64,000 nucleotides of DNA, taken from contig NW_026262690.1 of assembly GCF_021869535.1 (NCBI RefSeq), forward strand, positions 53,258,001 through 53,322,000, given 5' to 3'. A model generated the notes under the pieces. The model saw only the letters and a program-made list of their open reading frames with translations, was not told where the DNA came from and made no database searches. The stretch comes from Mytilus californianus. Lineage: Eukaryota. The translations under genes and the position numbers were made by a program. Positions 1 to 18,913 of this stretch are shown in pieces (positions within the stretch are counted from its first letter, which is position 1; each line of letters begins with the position of its first letter).

Positions 1-17
1 TTTTAAAACGTTACAAC

Positions 18-6035
<6,018 letters not shown>

Positions 6036-6232
6036 AATCAACGATTACATACTTGAATGTGGAAATCGTATCAACCCTGAAAAAAAATATATTTTGCAAT
6101 TCTCTCCAAGGTGTTGACGAAGTGCCTTGGTAATATTTACAGCAATATTGAACAATACATACAGTATCATACTGTTGTTGCTGGTCAACATTTTGTGATG
6201 CTTTATATTAGAACATGTATGCATTTGAAACA

Positions 6233-6238
6233 AATAAA
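6233..6238 (+). terminator. Candidate poly(A) signal, gene 1
   Basis: AATAAA about 200 nt after the stop codon. Confidence 0.5.
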
Positions 6239-7686
6239 ATTTGTATATTTTTAGAAATTATTTTACTACATAAATACAGTGACTGGTAACGCCTGATATA
6301 ATATCCAGTGTGTTGAGACCTGACATCTGCAATTCGCCATTTCAATAATATTTTTTTTTATAACTTTTAATATGAATAAATTTGACATGAAATGTCCTCC
6401 ATAAGATTTAAGACAAATATTTAGTATAGTTAAATGACGACCACATTCTCAAATCACTATTTAAAAGTAAATATCCTTATTGTTTACTTCGTGATATTTA
6501 TACTTTTATTACATTTACTTAAGATAAATCTTAACATAGTTTAATGTGATGTAATTCATGAAAATATAGATCTGGTTTTGAAAAGAATTTAAAGAGTAAA
6601 AAGAGGATAGACCTTGCATATACGTCTCTTAGACAGTAACCCAAACAGAACAAGCAACCAAAATGAGGAAGTTGACTTTTTTACAAAGCTTATGCATGTT
6701 TAATGTGGTATTAAGTATTAAAAAATTAGACTTGGTTAAGCCGGTTTTCAATTGAGGGCAGTTGACAGTTATGATTTATCTACTCTTTGTACTATACTAC
6801 CATATAATCCTTGTTCATGAAAATATTCTGTCAATACATTTGAGTATATTAGTATCTATCATGGTACAAATAAAGTAAAGTACTGATACTCCGATGATAA
6901 CCAACTTTGCCCAACGTATCGCCGATTTGATTTTTTCCTATTATATGAAATACATTTATCCTTTAGACTTCATAGAGACCCAACAAAAACCACTTTTTCC
7001 ATTGTTTAAGTAATACCTGCAGATATTTAGACTATAGTATCTAAATAATCTATATTTTCTCTATATCAAGGAAAACAACTTGTCCGTCTTAACATACTTC
7101 TTACTAAAAAAACTATATATAGGTAATACACATGTAGGTTTTTTCTTTTCCGAGCTTGAACCTATTATTTCTAGCTGAAAATGGGTAAAAAGTAGGTCGC
7201 GTTTCTTTCCTATTGTTTATTTTGTTCTTTGATTTGATAGTGTTGTACGGTATGCTTATAACAGAGTGTATATTTCTTACTTGGTTCGATATTAATTTGT
7301 TAAATTTTCATTTGTGAAAATTTATAAAACAGACATAATTATCGTGAATAGGTCAATGTTTTAAAGATGATCGAAGAATTATATCATCAAAACTTATTAT
7401 GAATTATGATCCCACTGCAGGTAATAGATTAATTGTGTATCGTATCTTTTTAATTTGGTAATGCCATAGACATTGAACAAGCTTAAGAATTGCACATCAA
7501 TTCTTTTGTGCTTACAGATTAAGGATGAGATTAAACAAATAAGATTATTGAATAAATAAATAACTATAAGAATTAATAGATAAAGCTGACTAAGCTGTTT
7601 AAGAATTAGAACTACTTTCAGGATTTGTTCTATGATAGAACTGTACAAACTGTTATATTAAGTTAGAGCTGTCAAAAACTTTCACA

Positions 7687-7930
7687 GGATAAAACTGTAG
7701 AATCTGTCCTAAATTAGAACTATCTAAAGGTGTTCTAGGATAAAACTGTAGAATTTGTCCTAGATTAGAACTATCTAAAGCTGTTCAAGGATAAAACTGT
7801 AGAAGCTGTCCTAGATAAGAACTATCTAAAGCTGATCTAGGATAAAAGTGTATAATCTGTCCTAAATAAGAACTATCTAAAGCTGTTCTAGGATAAAAGT
7901 GTATAATCGGTCCTAGGTTAGAACTGCCCA
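7687..7930. repeat. 51-bp minisatellite, about 5 copies, with degenerate flanks (about 7590-7995)
   Basis: GGATAAAA unit starts at 7687, 7738, 7789, 7840, 7891. Confidence 0.93.
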
Positions 7931-8527
7931 AAAACTAGTCTAGTGTAGAACTTTCTAACACTTTTCTATCATGGTAGAACTGTCCTAACTATTCTTAAGT
8001 AGAAAGGCATCTGTATTAAATGAAAAATTTCGTTTTCCAAATTTGGGAGTGCATACGATTCCCTTTTTTCTGCAGTATTCGTGTTGCTGTAAAAAAAAAA
8101 TGATATAAGAGTGTTATATATTTTTATAAGAAGATTAAACTGTAGTAACTCGTTTAATAAAAGGGATTTGTATGACGTGTATAAGCTAATATGCTTGTGT
8201 CGTTTGTAATACCGATTGAAAAGGAATTAAGTGCCTTTCCTAACTGACTTATTTTAATTGTGCATATGAAGTTCAAAGATACCTTCTTTTTATTCTTCAA
8301 GGGTAGTTACTGTATTTCAAATATGAATGATAAAGAAGAGGAGAGTAGGAATACAAAATATTGCATTCTTATCTATTTTTTGTAAAAAAAATCTACAGCC
8401 CTTAACACATCCTCGAAAAAAAAGGGGGCGGGGAAAAAGAAAACGGTATCAAAAAGAAAATTACATTTCCAAATTTCTACACAAAAAGTATTAAACTTTG
8501 TAATGTCACTTCATACTATTACAAATA

Positions 8528-9460
8528 TCTATAATACTAAAATAACGAGGTCCAATTTGTTAGCCGGCATGGGGTAAAAACGACGAATCAAAGAATTCAA
8601 TTTTATATATAACTAATATAGGACAATGGTGTTGATTAAAAATAACACCATTCCAGGCACTTTTGTTTTCCATATAATTATTATTACCAATAATTAACAA
8701 GTTCCGGGTCGAATCCGATACCGATACCAATAGTATATATATGTTACCTGTAACCTATTACCTAATCTATACGTTCCGCATCTGTCAGGCGCACCACCAA
8801 ACGGTGTATTTGTGATTTGCTATATGCAGTGGTCATAATAACACCTAATCTCCGTCATTATACAGGGTTGACACTACTAAATTCAATCATTCTCACTTTG
8901 TTTCCGGTTGTAGCATTTTAATCAGCATGACTTTATAAGATGACAATACGAATATTAAAAAATCAAGACTTAAAATAAGGCGTAGGTACAGTTTCCAATT
9001 TGTTAGCCGGCATGTCGTAAAAACGGCGAATCAAAGAATTTAACTTTATATATAACTAGTATAGGACAATGGTGTTGATTAAAAATTACACCATTCCAGG
9101 CCCTTTTGTTTTCTAAATAAATAATATTACCAATGATTTATAAGTACCAGGTCGACGGGTTCAAACAGAATGATTTTGAAAGCAGATAAACCGTACATCT
9201 TATTATCAGCATGACTTTATCAGATGACAATACCANNNNNNNNNNNNNNNNNNNNNNNNNNNNNNNNNNNNNNNNNNNNNNNNNNNNNNNNNNNNNNNNN
9301 NNNNNNNNNNNNNNNNNNNNNNNNNNNNNNNNNNNNNNNNNNNNNNNNNNNNNNNNNNNNNNNNNNNNNNNNNNNNNNNNNNNNNNNTTATTATATTATT
9401 GCTGCATAATTGGATACTTTAAATCAGTCACGGACCCGCGATGTCGCGGGTGTGTTCTAG
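8528..9460 (+). mobile_element. Non-autonomous Helitron copy 1 (internally duplicated, spans the gap)
   Basis: A|TCTATA 5' end; 3' hairpin CCCGCGA-TG-TCGCGGG (9435-9450) then CTAG|T. Confidence 0.75.
9236..9387. other. Assembly gap (152 N)
   Basis: Run of n; ORFs 9211 and 9224 are artefacts of it. Confidence 1.
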
Positions 9461-9664
9461 TATCTTCAAAATGATAGCAATGACCAAACCATATAAACCA
9501 GTGTACTATATAGTAGTAGTATGGGTTTTCCAAACCGGTTTTAGTTCGGGATTAACAAATAAGAATATAGCTTAGTGTTTTGAACTTTTTTCAAACTAGC
9601 TACAAAAACAAATAATCATGATTCATTTCATTAAACTTCTTCAAAACAAAAGACGGTTTTCGAA

Positions 9665-10190
9665 TCTATACTATTAAAATAACGAGGTCCAATTTGTTAG
9701 CCGGCATGACGAAAAAACGACGAATCAAAGAAGTAAACTTAATATACAACTAATATAGGATAATGGTGTTGTTTAAAAAATACACCATTCCAGGCCCTTT
9801 TGTTTTCCACATAATTAAATATTACCAATGATTTACAAGTTCCGGGTCGAATCCGATACCGATACCTTTAATATACTATGTCACATGTAGTTTCCGGTTG
9901 TAGTTACCTGTTACCTTCTGTAAATCCCTCCTCTATTAGGAGAACCTGGTTTTCTTTCAGTAGGTGTACCTAAGTTAATTAAAAAATTAAATTTAGTTTA
10001 TCAAGAGTAAGTTTATTGTAGTAAGAAAACCAGGAATGGTTCAAACAGAAAGATTTTGAAAGCAGAGAAAACTGTGCACCATACAAACAGCATGGCTATT
10101 TGATGATAATACGAATAATAAAAATCCAAGCTAAAAATATGGCATAGGTACTTTAATTCAGTCACAGACCATGTCGCGGGTGTGTTCTTG
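9665..10190 (+). mobile_element. Non-autonomous Helitron copy 2
   Basis: A|TCTATACTATTAAAATAACGAGG 5' end shared with copy 1; degenerate 3' end ...TCGCGGGTGTGTTCTTG. Confidence 0.75.
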
Positions 10191-10799
10191 CTCTGTGTAA
10201 GGTACAAATTTTAAACTTGAACTTTTGATTTTATAACTGTTAGATCCAGCGAGTAATGAGCCAAAACATGTTTGAAAGTATAAAATATGTAAAATCAGAT
10301 ATATTTTCCCAAACCTCCTTCAGAAAATGATGGGCAGCAGTAATCGGTATTCAAGCCTTACCTAATAGTATCATTATTTTGAAGTAAGGTTTAAAGTTAC
10401 ATGTGAATAAATCAATAATCTTTTTCTCATCACGACACATTTTACAATAAAAAAAGTATCTTAAGTTCTACTTATAATGTTCTTGACTTAACATTTTATT
10501 CTCTGAAGTCGCATGTCATTATTTGCCAGAAAGGTTGACTACAAAATACAAAATTGTCATTTTCATGATACTGTTATTTAGGTTTAAAAGCCATGCATCA
10601 AAACACAGAAGTGTATCAACTGAAACATATATCACAAACACGTGTATGTGATTGATAATTTCTCATTGCACAGTGATATGTGATATACACAACGTCAGCC
10701 CTCATAAAAAATATCTTTGATCTACGAGCAAGACAAACAAAAGGACCATTGTTCATGAAATTTTGTAACATAATGATAACAGTAATCAGTTATGGCAAT

Positions 10800-10934
10800 C
10801 CGTTTTACTATTTATTCTAGCTTCAAGATATCTCATATAATATATAAGATATCTTTAAGTTATATAATCTAGTTTTTATAAGATATCTTATAAACTATAT
10901 ATATATCTTGAAGTTAGAATAAATAGTAAAACGG
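10800..10934. mobile_element. Small MITE-like inverted repeat
   Basis: 32-bp arms 10800-10831 and 10903-10934 with one mismatch; internal palindrome TTTATAAGATATCTTATAAA. Confidence 0.7.
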
Positions 10935-12789
10935 CTTATCATAGTAAATCGATCAAGAGTAGTTCAAATTAAACGATAATGAAAATCAAAATTTATGAAT
11001 TACGTGCAACCGACGCGCTTTTATTGATTTACCTTCACCAGAAACAATAAAACCCAACTTATGAAATTAGCGTGGGGCGTTTGTCTTCATGTAGATAACT
11101 TTCCAGTGTATACTAACGAGGCAAATAAAATTCTGCAACTACGATAGGCTGTCACAAAACTGTCAAAATTCCATATACATTTACTTTTATTTGATCTCAT
11201 TGTCTTTATTTTATACACATATAACACTTTCCACCAAATAATTTTTCCCCTTAATTCCCAAACATATGTTTAGGCCTATTTGGCTATTCCATCTTATTTG
11301 GCAACTTAATTCGATATCACATTTGGCACAACACATTTTAATAAGTCTTTGCCTTCTTAATCTAGCTGCAGCGATGCACATTAAGTTTTGCCAATTGAAT
11401 GCATTAGTCACGTTTAACATGCATAAATTATCCACTCTTTATTTGTCTGCTGGAATAGCTGTAACTACGGCACTGTCGTTCTTTGTTATACTAGCTGTTT
11501 TGGTTTGTATCCTGTTCTCTTGGTGGCACGTTTGTTCTCAATAATGTCATGCCTTTGGCTCTATGTTTGGTAAATTTATCATTTATCTTATTAATTTATT
11601 TTTCTTAACTTGTCAAAGTGTTGCTTATCTTATGTTTTGTTTTAAAATATCGACATTTGTTTTTCTCTAATTTGAACATTTCATTTCATCAAAATATTAT
11701 TACATTTATTGTTTTTTTGTATAATGCTCCAAATCGCGTAAGCCATGGCTGACCGTGCGACTGAGACCCTCATTGGTAATCAACGTCGTTAAACATCCCC
11801 GTAGTAGTAAACCTAAACTTTTAAAAGTCAGGGATGTATAAATTCGTAGAAACATTAGAAGCTATATGACAAAAACGGACATATAAACAAGAATATCCAA
11901 ATTTAGTTAAGAAACACTTACAAATGTGATTGACCTGAAAAGAGCCAACATACATTAATAATTAACGTCTAAAGGGTATTATTAAAAGATAGACATTTAG
12001 CCTGCATGCTTTTTTATTCTATACATTTTATAATACTAGCGGTCATATCGGTTAACTGGCATAAGACAATTCGAACTTTTTTACTAGAGATACTGAGGAT
12101 TATTGCAGCGAATATTAATCGGGTAATGATTGGCTAATGGCATCAAAGATATACCATATCGGACACAAAATGAAAGGAATAGCGTACTTGCATAATGTTA
12201 CTTATCTGCCTGTGTTAGCTTATTAGACTGAAATTGGTCGATGTCTATAATTCAGGAGACAAACGCAGCTACATTAAAACAAACAAGATAACTAATAAGG
12301 TACTGTGCTATTGATTGCTAGTAGTTAATAAAAGCCAAAGGTTGTTATCACAATAATGTTATGCCTTCTTATCATGCTTATCGCACATTATTCAAACTAG
12401 GTGCATGTAATACAACCGGTCCAATTTTCTTCCGTTACGGATTGGGTTATTGAGCAACAAAAACCTATTTTGATTAAAAAAAAAGGTATTTACATTGTAT
12501 AAATGTATCAAGTTAAATAAAAAAATCCGTTAGTTGACCGCTTAAATCGCAAACTACATATATACATGAATACAGTCATTATGATGTTCTTGGATAAACA
12601 CACTTCTCGGGTTGGATTTAAATGGATCTTTTCTTGTAGGTCTACATTTAAAATCAATTTTAGTCAATAAAATATAATACACACGTCAACACACTATAGA
12701 AATATTCGCACAGTCAAATATAATCTATTAATACAAATCCAATACACTATATCAAAACATCTCATGTGAACTACGGCGGCGATAGCAAA

Positions 12790-12792
12790 ATG
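12790..12792 (+). CDS. Gene 2 candidate exon 1 (ATG only)
   Basis: gcaaaATG|gtaaga; best ATG|GTAAG junction found between gene 1 and exon 2. Confidence 0.6.
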
Positions 12793-15700
12793 GTAAGACT
12801 TTAGTTTTATAGATTAACAACTAATATTTATTACTGAACTACGGAGATCACTGTATATATAAGATGTAGCCCAACAAGTTTGTACATTATACAGATTTCA
12901 AATTAATTATTTACATTAGTTCTTCTGTACAAAATCAACTAACGAGATATTTTAATTAAAAGGTCGTAGAAAGTGAAATGTTGATAGAAAAACTAAATAA
13001 AGTGATGACCGAGTGAACGTTGCACCGACGTCAAAATATATTGAAAGGACATACACTCACGACTGACGTAATGAAATGACTACCGGAAGTATGACGTCAT
13101 AAATGTAAAAATCATGACGTCTTCTGATTTACCGTCGCAATATTGGGTAAGATCATACATTTTATATTCCTTATTCATGTTCATTATAATCCTTGCACCA
13201 GCTTATCTGAAACCAATGGCTGATATGCATGAATCATTTGCAGTGTGTCACTGACATGTGGAGCCAAACTCCCCGGCAGTTCCAGCTATACACCTTATTT
13301 GTCCGCCATTACTGGACATCACAAAAGTTCCCGTAAAATGTTGACGTCATAATAGAAAATATCTGACGCCACAATGGAAAAGTGATTGTCGTATGACGTC
13401 AAAAGTTCAAGCGGGACAGATTCTCGGGTCAACTGAGCGGGACAGATTTCCAAATAGCTAAAAGGTGTATTGGGGGGAGGGGGGGGGGGGGGGGGGGGGG
13501 TGTCCTTCATTTCTGTAATTTTTACGTCATTTTTCTCAATCTCTTTAAGGGAAAACAGTTCCGGAACGGAAACGATCACTGTACGGAGTTTGATGTGGAG
13601 CAGGCTCTGTTAACCCCTTCGGGAGCACCTGATATCACCACCGGTTTCTGGTGGGGTTCGTGTTGCTCAGTCTTCAGTTTTCTATGTTGTGGTTTGTAGA
13701 CTTTTGTTTATCTTTTCGTTGTTTTTCGCTTTTAGCCATTAAATTTTCTGTTCGTTGTCAACTTTAATATGAGTTTGACTATCCCTTTTGGTATCTTTCG
13801 CCTCTTTTTTGTTGTTGTTCTGAAATGTATTAAAGAGGCGAATGGTACCAAAGAGACATTCAATTTTCATAAGTCGATAAGAAATTGACAACGCCATGTC
13901 ATAAAAAAAACGACGGAAAGGGAAACAACAGTCAAAACAAAACACTTTATATTTTAAAAACATCTGACACGAAAATTCAAAAGACCAAAAACTGCCACAT
14001 ATGTTAATCCTTAATAACCGAACGTATGCTATAGGATATTGTCTGGGCTTTTAATACATACATTATGCATTGAATTGATTGCACAAAAAAACTAATTGAC
14101 GATAACAATCATCATCACTGTCTACATAATAATATACACTAGAACACACCCGCTATCTCGCGGTTCCGTGACTGAATTAAAGTAGGCTACCTACGCCTTA
14201 TTTGCAGTCAGGATTTTTATTATTCGTATTGTCATCTCATAAAGTCAGGTTGATTACAAGGTGTACAGTTTTCTCTGCTTTCAAAATCTTTCTGTTTAAA
14301 CCCATCCTGGTTTTCTTACTACAACCAGATGAGAGCGGACGTGAATATTTTTGCAAAGAGAATCCCTCAACGTCATTGAAATTGTTCTGTCAAATTGGTT
14401 TCATAGATAAATATTATCCTTACATCGTATATTTTATGTTTTGGACTACATTTTTTTGCTGAGGATAGTTTCTTCAGGAATTTTCAGGTTTGTTTGAGCA
14501 TGTGGTCAGATGGGATCCATTAGTAGTTTCCATGTGGGAAACTATCAGACCAATCTATTTGATGGCTGAGGGTTTTAGCTGTACCCCTAATGGATCGGTA
14601 GTTTCTGTCCGAGATCCTTTATCGTAGGATTTTCTGCTTTCCTCTACCAGGAATACAACTGGGCATTTAGCGGTAACGGTTTGGAATCCAAGTATGTCCT
14701 TACCGGTTTCCCGTTAGTTGTCATGGCATTTGTGCGGAATCCGGGGTGACATTTTCTCTTATTTTGTATATATTTTGCACTTTTATTTTGCACTATTTAT
14801 ATTTTGAAGATGACCGAATCAGGTGAGTGGGTGTGTTCGTATGTTGTATTGCATTGTATTTATTCATGTTTTGGGAAGGCTAACTTTCTGGAAGTAAGTC
14901 CCGTCACGGCCATGCTGGGAACTGGGTAGGCAAATGCTCACATTAAATCTGTGTCGATACAGTGTTCTAAATGTCCTCCTTTACACCATAACTCATGATG
15001 GTGCTCCTAATGAAAGGAGGCTTATACGTAGCATACATACCGGAAACTACATGTGACATATATTATTGATATCGGTATCGAATTCGACCCGGAACTTGTT
15101 TTAAATTATTGATAATATTAATTATGTGGAAAACAAAAGTGCCTGGAATGGTGTAATTTTTAATCAACACTATTCTCTATATTTGTTATATATACAGTTG
15201 AATTCTTTGATTCTTCGTTTTTATGTCATGTCGGCTAACAAACTGGACCTCGTTATTTGAGTAGTATAAATGTTATACTATCAAAGAAATCATGAAATTA
15301 AAAACAGAAGTTGTTTTTTAAGAATTTCTAGCAAATACCTTGAACACTTTGACCTTGACTTATTTTCAAAAACCGTCTGACAAGGCAATCAGTAAAGTGC
15401 AGCTCTTTTGAAATAAAAGAGAATTTATTTCTAGGTATTTAGTGGTTGTCGTTTGTTTCTCGTTTCTCGTTTTTTATGTAGATTAGACCGTTGGTTTTCA
15501 TGTTTGAATGGTTTTACACTAGTCATTTTGGGCCCTTTATAGCTTGCTGTTCGGTGTGAGCGAAGGCTCCGTGTTGAAGGCCGTATTTTGACCTATAATG
15601 GTTTACTTTTACAAAGTGTGACTTGGATGGATAGTTGTTTCATTGGCACTCATACCATATCTTCTTATATCTATTTATCCAACATATGTTTCTTGTTCAG

Positions 15701-18700
15701 TCTGTAAGTTTGAAAAAATGATAACAACTTTGCAATATACAAGCATGACAGTTGTGTGGTAGTTGTGTTTAAAATTAGAATGTGAAAATACACTAAGATT
15801 AGGGTTGATAATTATTATGTATTGCTAAGATTATTTCATTTACAACCCTAAAATCCACAATGCAGGTATTAGACATCAACAGTTCTATAACCTTATAGTA
15901 TGCTGAATATTTCCTATTCCAATGAAAAATGATGTGGTTCATACATTTTTGTATTATTCAAAATTATCAGTCAATTATGTGTTCTACAAGGATCACCAGT
16001 CTTCACCTTTCATCTGATACCTTAATTACTAAAATATATGCTACATAGTTTTAGATTTACACCTATGCGTAGGAATTATTTTGTTTTAAATATGTACTAC
16101 TTTCCAGTATGTTCTTCTTTCCCGGGCCCGATTAGGTGGTGTTACATCTTACAAAGTCTATCCAAATTTATATTTGCAAAGACTTCCGCTCAAGCCGGTG
16201 CTAGGGGCCGTCTTAAACTTGCAGGGAGGTTAGAGTTGTTTTTTGTTTTTTGTTTTTTGTTTTTATTTTGATCCGTCTTGAAGGCCTGACTGTGACTTTG
16301 AGATGAAGAACAGCAATAAAAGCGCTGTTCCTTTGCTTATTGTGTGTTTTTTTGCTGTGCATGTACTGATTTTGTGTCCTATATCCTTTGTTTTTTTCTA
16401 TTATATTATCGGTTTGTTGTAGATTTGAGCTTATATCGAAGGTAGTGACAATAACATGCATACTTTATAGAACAGTGTATTTTTTATATCTTTGTTTCAG
16501 AATGATCCAAAAGAACACTTGAAGTTAGGTATGTTCCCAATCCAGCTTGATATTAAACTTATCTATGAAACTATATAAAACATATATGTGCATTATACAT
16601 TAGTCCTAAGACAAACTTGAAAGTAACAATCTTTTGAACGGTAATTGCACTTTAAATACTACCTTTGAACAGTGTACTTGTCGTTTTGATTTAGAATATG
16701 TATTAATGCATAAAGATATGCATGTTTAAAATTGACTACATTTTACAGAATTGCCTAAATGCTCTCCAGCGTCGCACTAAGGTGCAGTAAGTCCCGGCTC
16801 CGGTAGCAAGATAGTTAATATTAACCAACATCTTCTGAAATATTCTTGACACCATATGTTTGATAGGAGTTATAATACATATGAAACTTTTTCGGATTCA
16901 TAGTTAATATGAAAGTTCTAAATAAATAAGTACTGTATACATCAATTTATTTCTACGAGTTCTGTCAGTGGTAGCTTGTTTGCACACAAAACAGTTCGAT
17001 TATCACTGAGGTCGTACGCTCAATTTTTGGGACTACGAATCATAGGAATTTCAGGATTTACTAAAATTTTTAAACGACTAGTTACCTTCATCTTCATATA
17101 CAATTTCGTATTCTTTCACTACATAACATTTTTCAAATTAAATCAATTTCCTCCAGTGGCAAATATTTCATACTTATCTAGTACAATTAGAACATGTGTT
17201 AAGGTCAAGCCTGCATTAACACTTCATTTTGACTTATTACATTAATAATCCATATTACAGAGTTTAAAGAAGCATTTTTACTGGTTGATAAAACTGATAC
17301 GGGACTTATACCGAAAACAGAACTTGGAAAATGTGTCCGAGCCTTAGGACTGAATCCTCCAGAAATAGAAATATCAGCAATTCAAGGAACGGTTGATCCA
17401 GAAGGTAAGCATACATGCACAGAAACAACATGGTTAAGAAATACTGGTTCAAAAGCCTGGTAAAAATATGCCTTGATTTTATCTTGACATTCTCCCGTTT
17501 TAATTACAATGTTGAGTGCATGTAACTAATCTTAATGCGTTTCTAATAGTATACATGCTTAACTTAACAGTATCTAATGTTTTTTTTTATAAACACATGG
17601 AGATTGTGTCCATGGGACACAAATGATGCCCCCTCTTGCATGTAACGTTATAAAGGGTTATAACTCCGGAACGGTAAAAGTGACGCCACCCAAATTCGAA
17701 CTTGATCTGTGTTTTGTGGTAATAAGCATTGTATATAAGTGTAATAACATTTGGTTCAGGCAAACTAAAGTTAGAGAACGGAAACTAATTTTGGGACATA
17801 CGTACGAACGGACGGACAAGGGTAACACTTAATGCCCCTCCGCCGCGGCGGGGGCAAAGTGAGTTAGATACAGATGTATCTCTGCATTCTAGGAAATCAA
17901 AGTTGTAAGTAAAGTTCACAGGTTAGGTTTTATGGTGTATTCCTTTTTCCTTATTAATCGTCCCGAACATGCATGAAATATTTGCCACCGAACTTTAACC
18001 AAACCTCAATCAATCAAGCAAGTAATCAATCTTTTTTATGAACAGTTTTTAGTGTTTTCCGACTCTTTTTTCTAAATTTAAATACTAAAATCGCATCAAT
18101 TTTTACAATTGAATTTTACCAGGTAATGAATCAATAGACTATGAGACGTTTCTTTCATATGTGGAGAACAAGGCTCAAGAAGTTCACCCAGACGATGAAC
18201 TGCGAGAAGCTTTACGTGTTTTTGATAGAGATGATAATGGATATATTAGTGCAGAAGAGTTAAAGCGAATGATGTTAACATCCGGTGAAAGTTTAACGGA
18301 AGAGGAAGCAGATGAGATGATGAAATTGGCGGACAAAGAAGGAAATGGACGAGTAAACTATGATGGTAACTGTAATACATTTACTCAAAACCATTACTTA
18401 TTATACAGGACATGATATCATTTCATTTACAGGAATAAAAAGCGGGCTACATATTTTAGTATGAAACCTGGTTGATTTGAGCAATATCCGCTTTAAATAT
18501 CCTTGCCTAAAATATAATGCAAAAGTTAACTCATCTGCTAAAATCACAATTTTTTATTCATAGATAAGTGAATAATTTAACATAGTTACATGAACTTGAA
18601 AAACCATGAACCTCGAAGAAATAAAACGGTAAAAAATAAAGATATGCTTGTTTGTTTCTTTTCAGTTCCAATCACCTTTACACTTCACACTTGATATATT

Positions 18701-18913
18701 TCATTTTACTTGTATATTTGATCCGCTGGCTTTTATTAAAAAACACATTAATATATGATCATACTCTTCGACTTATGAGTTTTGAATGTCCCCTTTGTAT
18801 CTTCCGCCTCATTTTATGAAGCAGATATCCATATCATTTTGTATTTTTTCTACGGTGTTAATCAAGGTTTTATTTCTATTTCAGACTTCGTTAATATGAT
18901 GCTATCCGTTTGA
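12790..18913 (+). CDS. Calmodulin-like protein, cluster gene 2 (148 aa, N-lobe degenerate); join(12790..12792,16501..16528,17261..17404,18123..18365,18885..18913)
   Basis: GT-AG introns and calmodulin exon sizes; 447 nt. Protein MNDPKEHLKLEFKEAFLLVDKTDTGLIPKTELGKCVRALGLNPPEIEISAIQGTVDPEGNESIDYETFLSYVENKAQEVHPDDELREALRVFDRDDNGYISAEELKRMMLTSGESLTEEEADEMMKLADKEGNGRVNYDDFVNMMLSV*. Exon 1 position is the best candidate, not proven. Confidence 0.9.
13025..13529. promoter_or_regulatory. Cluster of CRE (TGACGTCA) motifs with an adjacent ETS-like CCGGAAGT
   Basis: Perfect TGACGTCA at 13092, 13342, 13394; near-matches at about 13026, 13063, 13114, 13365, 13522. Function not shown. Confidence 0.4.
13472..13500 (+). 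repeat. Poly-G tract (28 of 29 nt)
   Basis: Direct reading. Confidence 0.95.
13590..13900. mobile_element. Penelope-like terminal-repeat remnant(s), partly inverted
   Basis: GGAGCACCTG...GGGGTTCGTGTTGCTC block; related fragments near 4390, 23800, 33700, 49000; GGTATCTTTCGCCTCT followed by its imperfect inverse near 13831-13870. Confidence 0.5.
14139..15270 (-). mobile_element. Non-autonomous Helitron copy 3 with about 700 bp unique filler
   Basis: Reverse complement of the copy 1/2 termini; hairpin plus CTAG|T at 14139; A/T insertion site. Confidence 0.8.
15432..15672 (-). repeat. Dispersed repeat family R1 (AAGAAGATGTGGTATGA...GCCAATGAG head)
   Basis: Same block at about 27863-28255(-), 29680-29950(-), 33481-33660(+), 39376-39570(+), 51475-52030(+). 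Confidence 0.8.
16501..16528 (+). CDS. Gene 2 exon 2 (NDPKEHLKL-E)
   Basis: tttgtttcag|AATGAT...TTAG|gtatgt, 28 nt (3n+1), joins in frame to EFKEAF. Confidence 0.82.
17261..17404 (+). CDS. Gene 2 exon 3
   Basis: attacag|AGTTT...GAAG|gtaagc, 144 nt; EFKEAFLLVDKTDTG...DPEG. Confidence 0.94.
17590..17845. mobile_element. Short Helentron/HINE-like element in gene 2 intron 3
   Basis: GGAC microsatellite plus terminal GC hairpin GCCCC-TCCGCCGCGGCG-GGGGC. Confidence 0.5.
18123..18365 (+). CDS. Gene 2 exon 4
   Basis: ttttaccag|GTAAT...GATG|gtaact, 243 nt; overlaps ORF 18161..18415. Confidence 0.95.
18885..18913 (+). CDS. Gene 2 exon 5 (DFVNMMLSV*)
   Basis: tctatttcag|ACTTCGTT...GTTTGA; AATAAA at 19071 and 19085. 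Confidence 0.9.

Noticed and set aside
9211-9474. ORFs across the N run
   Set aside because: Artefact of the assembly gap.
13319-13579. Poly-proline ORF
   Set aside because: The prolines come from the poly-G tract; no other coding signal.
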